From the NCBI GenBank assembly GCA_964106645.2, contig OZ067041.1: DNA of 64,000 nt; one strand, given 5' to 3'. The stretch is from Podarcis pityusensis (lineage: Eukaryota). The notes beneath the pieces are model-generated. The model saw nothing but the letters and a program-made list of their open reading frames with translations, was not told the DNA's origin and searched no databases. Below are positions 22,647-35,700 of the stretch, piece by piece (position 1 is the stretch's first letter; the number at the start of each line of letters is the position of its first letter). The translations under genes and the position numbers were made by a program.

Positions 22647-24925
22647 CTGTGGGGGGAAAAAGAGAGCAATGATTAAAATAACTATTGATGATTCATTAGG
22701 AAAACAACACAGCCATCAGAATCTCATTAACAATTTTTTTCGGACCCAAAAGGTATTGTTTACTTTGGCTCTGTCTATCCTCATTCCCTAGACCACTTTA
22801 TCTCTGTTATGGCATCATCTCTTAGGAACTAGTATCTTCATACCTGGAGTTCCTCAGGAATTAAAAGAAACCAAAAAATCAGTGCAGCTTGAGAGGTTCC
22901 ATTCGCTATGTTGATTCAAAATGGCATCCAAATTTTATCTAAACATAGATGAAAGTTTGCTCCTTGGTTTCCGGAACCATTGTGCAAAATTTAGCTGCAA
23001 TTGGTGCAGTTCTGAAAATTTCAGTCTGCCATCTAGATTCAAAATGGCACCTAATTGTAGCCATAAAACACACAAACAATAACAACAACAACCCATCCTG
23101 CTTCTTGATCTCAGAAACCAGCATGTAAAATCTGGCTACAATATCTTAAAGAGTTGTCCAAACTATAGCAAACAGATAAACAACTTTCCATAATACATAG
23201 AAGTTTCCTGGGCAAATCCATTGCTAAGAATAAGAGTTGCCTAACATCATAATTATGCTCTTAATTTTTGTTTATTTCAGTAGGACCACCACAATGAAGA
23301 TTCTTCTGAATCAGTTTATTTTGGACCGAGACAATATTCCAAATGCAAACTGGAAAATTACATCACAAGTAGTCACTAAGAGATTAAAAAAAAGAGTGGT
23401 GGTAGAATGCATGGAAAGGAAAATTTGCATTATGAACTCATAAATGAACACATTCAATGGAAACATAGTTGATGACATAAAAACCCTAACTTTGCAGGTT
23501 GAATTTTAACTACTGTATTTTCTGTATCAGTATAGATATAGTGTAAACCAATACAGTATATATGCATTGACAGTATATACAGGAGCCCATGCATTGACAA
23601 CTAAAACAGACTTAGAGCTGGAAGAGGGGGGGGGGGAATACATCTTACAGTATAACATTGCGTATTTTCAGCTGATCAGGTTTTTATATGGTCAATCTGC
23701 ATTGGTTTCCAATTTTCTGTATGTACTCCAGGTGCAATTCTCTGCCACTTTTGTGGCAAGGATACCTCATTTTTCAAGCACTGGATGTACTTATATACCT
23801 GAGAGAACATTATTATTTCTTCAGATAACTCTTACCTATTGCCGTTGCTACAAGGAAGGTGCCTTGATATTGTTATAGCACCCATAAGATACTACTTGAA
23901 ATATGAAGGGTCTCAGGCTGCACATCACTTCCTTTTCCTCCATGCATGTATTTATGCTGTCGTGTGAATTTATTGCTACCTATCACCCACTTTTCTGAAG
24001 CAATCAATAAAGCAAGAAGTATGATCCCAGCCTGAATCTTCCTTCCTACTTTCCTTCTCCTCTTCCGGTCCCTGCCTCTACCTTCACTCAGCACCAACAG
24101 TCAGGAAGCTAGTGTTCAGCCAGTTTCCAAAATACGTGGTGGGAAAGTCTGAATAACTTAGTACTCCAGTTAACCCCCCTTTCCTTAGAGCCCCCTTCCC
24201 TTTGTTCTAGTAAACCCCTCGCTTTAGGAAACAGAACCGTAGGAACCTCAGTGTTCAGCTCTCATCAGTCCCTCTCTCACCAGTACTGTTCCAACTTGCT
24301 TCAGTTTTCATGGGATTCTTCCTGGGATACATTGCTCCAGCCTTACAGCCTCACTCCCCTATGTCCTTATCCTGACTACCTTTGTCACATTCCATTTCTC
24401 TTATCTGTGTTTCAGATTTAGCTAGGAATGTGAAGGAACACACAGCTGCCTGCTCCCTCTTTTAAGTTGCTCATATTTTTCCATTACTTTGAGAAGAACC
24501 CAAGATGCATCGCTTAAGAAATGCAGAGTGTGGGGCTCAAGGGAACCAAAAAAAGGCTTCTCTCCATTCAGCTTACACCTTTTGCCTCCTGGGAAATGAA
24601 AACAATCCATAGCTTGTTTTCATGGAGGCACTGCGGACCACCACAACCATGTTTTCTCCCAAAGAACCATGGTATCCAGTAACCTTCTGTGAACTTTACA
24701 TATAAAGCATGAACTTTACATATAAAAATGACTATCAGTTTGTCTGTGGTAGGAAAAATATACAAGTTGCACTCATGGGGTGCCACAATAGATTGCTCCT
24801 TTTGGAACAGTGATGCTAGTGCTATTTCTTAGTGTCCTGATCTTCAGGAGAAGTCAGTATGTGGAACTATTTATCACCTTTATGGGTTTGAAATGAAAAG
24901 AGAAAACTATATGCCTTGACCTTAC

Positions 24926-25009
24926 CTTTTTTGCTGGGCTGCCTTCTTCAACTTGTGATGAGGACCTGTTCATTGGCAAATGCATTTCAATCTGAGATTC
25001 TTGTTCCAT
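24926..25009 (-). CDS. REPS2: REPS2 exon, MEQESQIEMHLPMNRSSSQVEEGSPAKK
   Basis: 84 nt, ttgttacag| ... |gtaagg, phase 0->0; human equivalent SEQVSEAELLPQLSRAPSQAAESSPAKK. Confidence 0.94.
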
Positions 25010-26196
25010 CTGTAACAATAGACAAGACACCATAACACCAAAATTGCTAGCAGCCACCCACCAATCAAAACTAGTTTTCAACACTTAGTCACACTCCAGT
25101 GTGACCAACAAAAGAAATAGGAGCAGGCTTTGATTTTCAGAGGCTGGGAAGCTGGTTTAGCTGCTGCTGCTGCAGTGATGTCTGTGAATGAACCCCAGAA
25201 GTTAATGGCTGCCATTCACTCTAATGAGAAAAACAAAAGTGTGCTACATTTGTGAGCATTATTACAGTACAAGTGAAATAAAATCTGCTCCCTATCCCTG
25301 ACACTAGGTGGCCTGCTTTCCACCAACAAGAGATTCAGAGGCGCCTTGCCCCCAGCCAAGGATCCACAAAATATACAAGTCCTACTCCCAACTGAAGTAT
25401 ACACAGTCATACTGCTAACATATAATGAAAAGAGATGTGATTCACCTAGCACTACAGCTACACAACCTCCAGTCCTTTTAATGCTGCAGTCCTTACCTGG
25501 TAGCAAGCTCCCTGAACATAATGAGAGTTACATCTGAGTAAACATGCACCATAAAACAGTTTTCAGAGATCACAGAGTCTGAGGAGCAGCAGTGCTTGGT
25601 GAAAACAAACCCAGATTAGGAAATTAGTACTGCAATTTTAAATATGCGAGAGCATGGCGAAGGATCACATATGTGGTTTCCTCCGCTTAATACAATAAAA
25701 AACTTTCTTTACTTCCAGCAACAGTTTAATTTCTGACATGTGGTCCCCACTGGCTACATGGAAAGCAACGTTATGGAACTGTGCAATGGGACTTATTTCC
25801 AACTAATCCAAGAGAGTTTTAGGATTGCAAAACAAACACACAACAACAATTATATAATCAAATTATGTAATGAGGAACATTCTAAGGGGGAAAACAATGG
25901 TGTCTTATTTATATTAAAACAAATAGCTAGTTTTTAAGATCCTGCCCCTGACAAACATTCATCATGTAGCAAATGAAAACAAAGTTAAACTGAAACCAGC
26001 TAACCAATTTGATAGTCCTCTTTATGCAAAGACATAGTTTTAGCGAATCAATGAAGTGACAGTTTATGAAGCCTGACAGCTTCCTGGAAAGGCTTATTGG
26101 TGTACATAAGTAATGTAATATCTGCCTGCACTTATTTTACACACACTAAAATTTGGCATTTCTAACTTCTGCAACAATAAATGACCCAACTGCATA

Positions 26197-26437
26197 CAGT
26201 GGAACCTCAGCTGTCGAATGTAATCCATTCCAGAAGACCGTTCAACTTCTGAAACGTTCAACAATCGAGGCGCAATTGCCAGTCAGCAAATTCCTTTGAA
26301 CAAAGGGAGAAACGCGTCTCAGAAGCCGTTTGACTTCCGAGGCACGTTCAAAACTGGAAGCATTCACTTCCAGGTTGTTGGCGTTTGGGTTCCAAATTAT
26401 TCGGCTTCCCAAGCATTTGACAGCCGATGTTCCACTG
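26197..26437. mobile_element. Tc1/mariner (Tigger-like) MITE
   Basis: TA TSD; TIRs cagtggaacctcagctgtcgaatg / catttgacagccgatgttccactg. Confidence 0.88.
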
Positions 26438-26469
26438 TATATTCAAGTTGCCATGTGAAGGTGCCAACT

Positions 26470-26590
26470 TGCTGAAGGCAACTGTATCTGGCTCTGGTCA
26501 GTGCCTAGATGGGAGGCCTTATTGGAAACCCCCCCCCAATGTACACCACCTTGGGTGCCATGATGGAAGAAATGTGGAATATAAACGTAA
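26470..26590 (+). mobile_element. Degenerate 5S-rRNA-derived SINE; similar remnants at ~11088-11185 and ~3425-3470
   Basis: tctggtcagtgcctagatgggaggcc resembles the 5S box cctggttagtacttggatgggagacc; L2-like tail. Confidence 0.45.
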
Positions 26591-27288
26591 GAAAACGTAT
26601 GAAAGTTAAAAATTAAATAAAACCAGTGACACTGACTATATTGTATCTCTCATTATAACACAGTAGTAGCTGGGGAAAGATTGCTGGCAGAAAATGGAAG
26701 CTTACTCTCCTTTAGCAAGGTATACAAACGTAATTAAAATATACATCCAGGGCTGAGCCATGGAACTGAAAACAGAGGCAAAATTAAACTCCAGCTTGGT
26801 CCAACTTTTCTGAAGAACCTGACATTTTCCAAGCACCTGGGATGAAAAGTCACTTTGCTTCTGACATTTAGTTTGTGTGCCTGTGTATGCATATGCAGAG
26901 AGTCATAATCTTTGAGTCAAATCAAAGGATCCAGAATTCAGAACATTGTAGATGCATGAAATACATAGGCATACCTAGGGATTGGTGAAACTGGCCCTTG
27001 TCAGGGACGCAGGCTGCATGCACAAAAATTACCCCAGAGACGAGGGGCTCATTAGTTAATAAACTAGCTAATAATTTTCCCATGTTTACAAGGTTTTGTA
27101 CTCTTTTATTTGATTTGTTTTACTTCTTCTACAGAAAAGCACTGTTTAACCAGTCTAACATCAATGAAAAGAGAGACCTTCTAAAGAGGAGTAGGAATCA
27201 ATGCAGCCTTTTGCTCCTTCCTTGGGTATGTGGGCTCTGGCAGATGAAATGGCTCAGTACCAAATTAAGGGGGAGAGGAGATGAAGAA

Positions 27289-27315
27289 AGCAGCAGCAGC
27301 AGCAGCAGCAGCAGC
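27289..27315. repeat. (AGC)9 microsatellite
   Basis: Read directly; a shorter AGC run lies at ~27378-27393. Confidence 0.95.
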
Positions 27316-28051
27316 AAATCTGTAGCCCCAAATTTGGGGAGTGGGTGGAGGGTGACATTCAGCCCTTGGGGAAGGGGAAGCAGCAGCAGCAGCTACTGTG
27401 GCTGGCGGAGCTGCAAATCTGTATTGCCCCTCCATCGAAAGAAGCCACAGCCTGTGATGAGCAGGCAGGTCAAAGAGAGTTGTCAGCTGAGCACTCCCAA
27501 GCAAGGCCTCCCGGAGCATTGTAAGGCTTGGGCTCCCTCCCTGTACAATTCAGGGAGCAGCCTCAAACTCTCAGTTATTTTGCCCCTACAGATGACCAGT
27601 TTATTGAACATTCATTCTGATTTGTTTGCACAAAGCTCACACGTTAGATTACATCCGGCCATTATTGACCTGTTAGATGACTGTGAGCTGATGATTTCTC
27701 TGCATTCTTCCTGATTTGCTTATAGGGTGTTTAGATGGCTTCTCGTTACTCATTCTTTTATCCCACACTTGTCAATGCATTTCCCTGACACTTTCCAAAC
27801 TGCAAAAAGTCCATATTCTTTCCTTCTTTCTTTCTTTTTAAAGTGGATTGGTTGTGCTAAAGTGACAGAATCCACTGTTAACTGCACCCGTTGAGAGTTT
27901 ACCTACGTGGCACTATTTCTTCGGTCTTCTCAGTACAACCCTGAGATAAGAAAATGTCATTTGAAACACAATAAGCCTGCTCTTCTTTTCTGGCAGCCTT
28001 TAATTGTCTTGCCCTCTCTGGTGTTCACATCAGCCTCAGCACAGTGTATCT

Positions 28052-28375
28052 CTTGTTGGCATCTGTCTGTTTCAGGAGACAATGAAGGAGTGCACCTTTG
28101 GGGTTGGAGAGTTACAGCACTTGCTGTGGCTGTAGAGAGTGATACAGGAAAGACATGTTTTGTTGCAGCTGGGGCAGATGAAGGTGCCTGGATGTGCAGT
28201 TTTAGATGCACCATTGCTTTTCCCCCCTCTGCGCTCATCCCAGTGGTCATTCCTCCTCTGGTCACTGCTGTGGATACACAACCTGACCGTCTCCAGGTAC
28301 TGCAGTCTTCTGCAAGGGATTCCCACATGGCGGGGTTGATATTACCAGCCTGCATGTCTCATTTGCAGGGCGTCA
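28052..28375 (-). mobile_element. RTE-clade LINE 3' end
   Basis: MQAGNINPAMWESLAEDCSTWR plus terminal zinc finger FICPSCNKTCLSCITLYSHSKCC. Confidence 0.85.
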
Positions 28376-28499
28376 ACTGTCTATGTACGAACATGATCAG
28401 TATATCTAAATCTCCAGAGGCATACCTAGAGTCCCTTGTACCAGCAACGCACCACTGCTATTGCAGCAAGATCAAACACAGGAGAAGTGATGGGGGTGG

Positions 28500-28820
28500 C
28501 ACCGATATAACTCCTTGCCAAGGCCACCAGGGACCTGAGGTACACCTCTGATGAAATCTAGATAAATCTAGATTCAGTGGGCACCTTCTGTGCCAGCTTT
28601 TAAATGCCTGCTGAAAACTTCTCTATTCTGCCAGGAGACAATTAGGAGTATATTCCCCACAATGGTCTACTGATGTTTGTTTTTTAATTCATTTTTGCTT
28701 TTTACTTGTTTTTTACTTTTTGTGATTTTATTGGTTTTATGTTTTTAAATTGCTGTAAACTGCTAATATATTTTTATGATACGGCAGTTTATAAATACTT
28801 TTATACATCATAAATAGATG
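28500..28820 (+). mobile_element. Degenerate L2 LINE 3' end
   Basis: ttttaaatgcctgctgaaaact...tgtaaactgc...ggcagtttataaat tail. Confidence 0.55.
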
Positions 28821-28902
28821 AATGAAATCCACACAACCTGTCATTATATTCCTGGCTGCCCAAGTGCTGTATTCATTAGAACCATGATAAACTTCTTCCC
28901 CA

Positions 28903-29240
28903 CATAAGAAGAACCCTACTATATCGGACCAAAGGCTGATCAAGTCCTACAGCCTGTTCCCCAGTGGCCAACCAGGTGTTTCTGGAAAGTCCACAAGATA
29001 ACATGAAAGCAATTAGCAATTTCCTGATGTTTTCTCCCCAGAACTGGCATTCAGAAGCATACTGCCTTAGTTACTAGAAGATGCATATATAACCTTCGTG
29101 ACTGGTAGACATCAATAGCCTCATCCTCTGCTGGCTTGTCTAATTTCCTTCCAAACACATATAAACTGGTGGCTGGTCACCATATCTTATTGGCAGCAAA
29201 TCCCATAATTTAACTATGTGCTGTGTGAATAAGTACCTCA
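28903..29240 (-). mobile_element. Older CR1-family 3' end; related fragments at 20694-20760, 39541-39630 and 50670-50760
   Basis: cataagaagaacc...gaccaaaggc...cagtggccaaccag...cccataatttaactatgtgctgtgtgaataagtac. Confidence 0.75.
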
Positions 29241-29990
29241 TAGAGACTGTCTTCACATCAGAAAAAGTATTGTGTGACATTGTCCTAATTTTGTAATATA
29301 TTAGGAAAAGAGAAAAGTCAACAGTGCGGATGCTAAATATATCTGTAGCTCTAGATCACAGAATTATATAAAACCATTGTTTGTTCCACATTAAAGTTGG
29401 ACAATAAGATGGTTCTGACAGAGATCGTGATGATTTAAGAACAGGATTAAGATACGTCCACCCATTTCACAATCTGTTAAAGGAACATAGTGCCTAAGTT
29501 TCCCTTCTATTTTTTCTTTTTGGCTGCTGCTACATATACAGATATGCTACTACTACTGTGAGCTTCCTGTACTCCCAACTGCATTATTTGCCAAACAAGT
29601 ATAAAATATATTTTCTCTGGGAAGCTTCAACAACAAGAGCAGGAAGCCAGCTATGCATTCTGCTGTGTGTGTTGTGTGTAAATTCCCAAACTGTAATGGG
29701 TGCTAAAGTCCTGTTACATGTGGACTATCAAGATCAGATGCAGAGAATGAGTGCACCAGCTCCATTAAAAAAAGCATCATGCCGACATGCCCCGTATGCA
29801 TCTGATTAGAGAGAAACAAAGCAGTATGTAACAGCTCTGCACCAACATTGTACAGGCACCACAGCTGTATTCCTTCATGATGCAGAACATGTGAGTCAGC
29901 TGTTCATTCAGTGATGAATCCATTGTGCAGTGTAAACTGAATGCATAATCGGCACGTTGTGGTTATGTAGTAGTGCAGATACATCCTTAT

Positions 29991-30448
29991 GGCAGCTCAA
30001 CACTGTACATTTAAAGCATATTCAATGCACAGTTAAAGCACAAATAAATCTGGGAAGTGTAGTCTGTTAAGGGTGCTAGAAATTATATCTCTGTGAAGGG
30101 GAAACTACAGGCCCCAGGATTCTTTGGGGGAAGTTGTGTGCTTTAAATCCATTAAGATACCTTAAATGTCTAGTGCAGGGGTCGGCAACCTTTTTCAGCT
30201 GTGGGCCAGTCCACTGTCCCTCAGACCTTGTGGGGGGCCGGACTATATTTTTTTTGGGGGGGGGAGATGAACAAATTCCTATTCCCCACAAATAACCGAG
30301 AGATGCATTTTAAATAAAAGGACACATTCTACTCATGTAAAAACACGCTGATTCCTGGACCGTCCACAGGCCAGATTGAGAAGGCGATTGGGCCGCATCC
30401 GGCTCCTGGGCCTTAGGTTGCCTAACCCTGGCCTAGTGTGAATCTGCC
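29991..30448. mobile_element. Older palindromic MITE interrupted by the hAT element
   Basis: Left end ggcagctcaacactgtacatttaaagc mirrors the rejoined right end ttaaatgtctagtg|tgaatctgcc. Confidence 0.7.
30176..30430. mobile_element. Non-autonomous hAT (Charlie-like) element nested in an older MITE
   Basis: TIRs caggggtcggcaacct / aggttgcctaaccctg; 8-bp TSD gtctagtg / gcctagtg. Confidence 0.9.
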
Positions 30449-33400
30449 CAAAGATAAATCATGGTACACGTAAAATATGAAAGGATGGCATTCAATTACT
30501 ACATCCTGTCAGCATAAGGATTTCCACTTCTGCAACGGGACCCACCCCCCGTGTGTGCCCTGCACCCCTCAAACAGATTTCACTTTGCGAGAAATCTTTG
30601 TGCCACTGGAACTTTCATATAGCACAGCACTGAGTTTGGCTGATTAACTGAGAACCACCAATAATAGCGTTAGAGAATGCAATGGAGGCAAGTTACCTCA
30701 CTCAAAATAAAGGTTTAAAAAAGAAGAAGCAAGGAAAATGGGATAAATGGTTCTAAAAAGTTATATTCCCCAGAGTTGCATTAGTTTCTGCCTCCAGATT
30801 CTGGCCAGGTTTAACAAGCTAACACTTTGCAGCTGCACACCTAGCACTCCTCCCCCCATTTCTATCTGTCCATCTTATTTGCTTTCAGCTAGTTGTTCGC
30901 TTCAGTGGGACTTCTAAAAAGCGCTCAGAACTTACGTAACACTGTTTCCTGAAAAGAACACAGTGTGACATGCAATTTAAAGGGCATCTGAAAGTGTCAC
31001 TGCACTCATTACATAAAACTGAATAAGCTGCTGAATGAAAAATTATAACTGCTCTCCTAATTAAAATACTATTTGAATAGTTGTAAAATATCAATTATTC
31101 CATAAATATATTCCACCTATAAGGCAGCAGTACTGTCATCCAACTCATTTCCTGAGATTTCATAGTGAATTGTTCAATTTTTTCTATCTCCATTAAATTC
31201 AAGTGTCTCCGTTTAAAGGTCCCTCCTTCTCAATCTCATATTCTAAATGAGACTAGAGTTATGCTACGAGACTTGAGGATGTGTCCCCCCCACCCGTTAC
31301 CTTAATCCTGGCTGACACTGAGGAAGCTGTACAAAAAGCAACATAAATATATCACCAGGCAAGGGAGTGGAGTGCTTGCCAGTAGAAAAACAAGCGCCAA
31401 CATTAAATGATAGCTTTTATGGACTCCTTGCAGTTTTGACATCAAAATAATTGATGAGGCAGCATTTCTTACTGTTTTCTGGCTTTTTCTGTGCCATTGA
31501 GATACGACAGGAACAACAATTAACCTTGGGTTTTTCCTTCTGGGCTAGTACAGTACTGTGCACTACCACAGAATCCAAGGACTGATAGGGACCAGCATAA
31601 TCACTAGGCTAATATTGAAGGTATCAGCCTCCAGGCATTAAAATCATATCCACAGTGATATATTTTTTTTTATACCCCCACCAAACCTTTCACAGACTTA
31701 CATTTCCCAACCTTGATTACAAGGGGGTGGGGGCCTTTTCCAGAGATGCCCAATCAAGTTCATGGAACAACCTAGGAAAAACCAAGTTGCTGTTTAGGGG
31801 GGTAGCAAGGAGCACCAGGCTGTGAGGACCCTATTCCATTGTGGGATGCTCAACTCAAAATCTATACTACACTCAAGCTGCATGGAGAGGTCTGGTGCAA
31901 CATAAATATATAAATATTATTTCAAGTAAGAAAATAGCCAGGTATGAACATGAGGTTGACAGTCTAACTGGTTGTCATATCCTTAAAGTGCCACCTAGTG
32001 GAAACTGTCACAATAGTTCAATAAGAGTGAAACACACACTCACAAGGTCACTTGCTTGGCAAAAGCTGGCAGTTTCAAACATCTACAGGTGAAACACGTG
32101 AATTTAGTTAACTCTGGAGCACATGTATGAGAGCAAGAACTTAACTGAACTTTCTAGTTACTCTGACACCTTTCTTATCCACCACTATCTGGCAGCTGAA
32201 ATGAAAATATGTAGATGCACCTGTGTTGTGCTAGGTAAAAAAAAACAAAAACAGGCTCACAGCACAATAGATTTATGTTCACATGAAGATGAACCTCAGA
32301 TTCAACTTCTAATGTGCTTTACTTGTTCTGCTGCCACTGAGAGCGGCTTTATGAATGAACTAAATTCACCTATGTGGTCACCATGATTGGGCATGGCTTC
32401 CCAGTCTGTATGCAGCATAAATCAGCTTGCATGTGTAATGCAAATCCGTAAGAGAATCAAAATGAATTCTGCTCACAACTGAATTTAGTTGTGTACAACC
32501 CTAAAGAGCGATTCATATGACCATCTCTTTATGTACACTTTCTTCCTGACTTTATTTTTCAGAATGGCTACACACATAGGCATGTTTTTCCTAAACAAAC
32601 ATGAAAGAAGGAAAAAAACCAGTCCACGTATACCATACCCACCATGCACGAAAACTGAGCAATCATCTATTTCTCTGCATATACAGGTACAGGCAACTCC
32701 CCATTTGCGTGGGGTTGCAATCTGGGTCATTGCGTGCATCAGCTGTCATGCGTAAGCCCATCCTGTCGCCTCCCAAAACAGAAAATGACACACATGTCAG
32801 CGTTCATGTATCAATTGGACTCACCATTGCATTAAGAATGGTTTATTTTCCCTTTAAAGTGTTGCTAATTTTAGGTCCTTAAATCTGTTTTTCCATCTCT
32901 TCCTCAGAAGCAGCTAGACTTTTTCGGTTCAATTTGTGAACCTACTATTTAGCACAGTGAAACATCAGATTCTTTTTTGCAGCTTGTTGTAGAAGCTGAA
33001 AGTGATAGCATAGAAAGAAAACCTATAGGGATGCAAATGCAACAAGCTGCCAAAATCTTGCTGAGCCAACTGCTTTTGCAGCACTCTGCAATCCTCAAAT
33101 TTTGATAAGCTGCTCTTTAAAAAAAGAAAAAAGAAGAAGCTGTCTGAGAGTCAGTGATAAGGTTTAGGGCAAAGGAAGTAACATATATAAATCACAAGAG
33201 TGCTCAGCGCTTTTAGAAGCAATGAATAGGACCTTGATGGAAATATTACCAATCTTTCATACTCCAGCTTCACAAAACCAGATTAAAGTAAGATAGAAGG
33301 CGGTATGTGTACTCTTCTATGGCTGTATTAATAGGTTCCTTGGTGTGGTTTTTTAAAAATACATATAATACAGAACGAAAAGTATTATTATTATTTTTTG

Positions 33401-34149
33401 CAGTACCAGAATTCCTTAGGAAATATTTCATGTATTCAGTCAACAAGCTCTGTAGTACACAGAGCTTCCTCTGCCTTTAAACCTATTTTATCATGCCACT
33501 GAGTATTTATGTTATTTTATAGAATAAATAAAATGAAATGGTATCAAGACTTGCACTTTAAATCTGACTGAATTGTACTCAGGTGATGGAGGATAGCATA
33601 AGTAATGCTATATAGCAATTTCTATCATTTCATTAAGGCAATGATTGCAATTAATGTCAAATGTGCTGTTGACTAGAGCAAGCCCACAAATGTTATGGAA
33701 GGTAAGCTTCTCTTACACTCTGTAAGGTGCCATGCATACTGATGGCGATATATACAAAACAATACTATTTTTTTTTGTTATTAATTATATATCCATATAT
33801 TGTTGGACACAGATAAAGGGTAACGGATTTGGCTGTCTGTTGAAGCATTTAAACAGTGCCTGCACCTATGCTCAACCAGTTTATTTGTAAATAAACTTAC
33901 TTACTGCAAATACCAGAAGCTTCAAGTGAACTCCCTAAAAAGGTAGCTAAAATCAGATAAGCACTGTGCCCCTAAAACTTTTCACCACTCTGGGAAGTTG
34001 GGGTGTACATAACATTACTGTTTTTTCTTATTATCTTGTGTTGTTAGCTGCTTTGGACTGTTTAACAGTTGGTAAGGAAACAACTGTTTTCCCTCTCAAT
34101 AAACAATAAACAACCATTCCAGCTTGATACATAGACTACTTTCATTTTC

Positions 34150-34202
<53 letters not shown>
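34150..34202. repeat. (CTTT)n microsatellite
   Basis: Read directly. Confidence 0.95.
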
Positions 34203-34204
<2 letters not shown>

Positions 34205-35619
34205 CTTTCCTGCCTTCCTTTCCCTTCCTTCTCTTTCTCTGTATCTACAGATATATTCATACACACACATGCATGTATATATAGCAGACAAATACAGAAT
34301 GCAGCTGCACTAGATAAGTGGTGCTTCACACCCCCCCCCCGATGTCCCCAGTCCAAGAGATGACACCTGACTCCTGCTAGCACAACAAATGCTTAAGACA
34401 TGAGTAACTTTGCTAAGCAATTCTCCTTGACACACTACAAACGCCATCTCTGACATCATTACTGACACCCAATACACAATTCATATTTGTGCAGATATAG
34501 TACTTTTTCAAAAGGTTTTCTCGTGTGTGGACGCAAGAGAGTGAGAATGCTGTGCATATATATCCTTTGCAGCACAAAAGCCCTCATGTAGCCCTTTTGT
34601 AAGAAAAAATAAATGTGAGGCTACAATTTGACCTTTGCAGTAATGTCTTGCCAATATATGAACACTTTCCTTTTCCTTTGAAGGGCATATAAACCCTTTT
34701 CATAGCACCAGAATCTATACCCCCTGTGGGTTTTAAAAGAAGAATGATTTCCTATTCTACATGACATAATGTCAGAACTGTTGTGGGCAGATGATGAATA
34801 AAGCAGAGCGATGTGAGTACTTTGGGTAGCAAAAATAAACCACTTCCTTAATTGAATGGCAAATATTACAAGGCTATAATATATGTGTACGGTATATTCC
34901 CCCCCTTCTTTTGCAGGACTCTGAAGTTTCAAGATCTCTAGCATACGTTAGATTTATTCCACCTGAATGTACCAGAGATGCAACTGAAGCTCATACTCCA
35001 TCAACTCTGCTCAGACTCCACACTACTCACTGGGATCCAAATTTAAACCCTGGACATAAGCAGCTCCAATAAAACTATGGGCTAGACCCATACACTTCAG
35101 GGAGAGGGAGAATTCAACCTTAGGGACATCCGAATCTTGCCTTTCCATAGATAAATGGTTCATGTTGCGCAGAGATGTCACTATCCTTATCAGTTTACTC
35201 TTGCCTGTCTTCTTCTTTGTTACCTAGGACTGCCCAATCAGTCTGAGGTGGGAAACTTGTGGTTGTTGTAACGGTGGTGACTCAGCAAATCTCTCTCTTA
35301 CATTGGAGTATTCCTTCTGTCCGGCCTCAGCCTCAACCTAATTGCCTTCTGTCTCAGGTGCCCCTTTGCCTCAGGCAGTCAAGTCTTTGGCTATGTTGCC
35401 CCAAGAAGCCACTGGGGTTTGGGGCTGCTCCATACTTTTGCTCAGGTTTGTTTGACTTTGTGGTGCCTTAACAGGAGTGGATTGCCCTAGCTAGATCTCT
35501 TCCTTTGTCTCCTCTTCCCCATTCCCCTGCCTCTTTTCCATGTTCGTTGTTTTCTTCATGTTAGGAAGGAACCTCAAAGAGCGAAACCAGTGTAATGTTC
35601 TCCAAGTTTCTCTACAGAG

Positions 35620-35700
35620 CAGTGGTTCTCAAACTTTTTTCTCTGGGCCACACTTTCAGAATAAAAATATGCTCGTGCCAGACCAATCTTTTATTGATAA
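35620..35700. mobile_element. End fragment of a hAT-Charlie-like element
   Basis: cagtggttctcaaactttttt terminus preceded by a target-like ctacagag; the other end was not found. Confidence 0.5.

Noticed and set aside
26998-27714. Longest ORF in the track (238 aa, plus strand)
   Set aside because: TTG start, antisense within a REPS2 intron, poly-Ser produced by an AGC microsatellite, no recognisable domain.
27907-28551. 214-aa plus-strand ORF
   Set aside because: Antisense read-through of the RTE LINE fragment.
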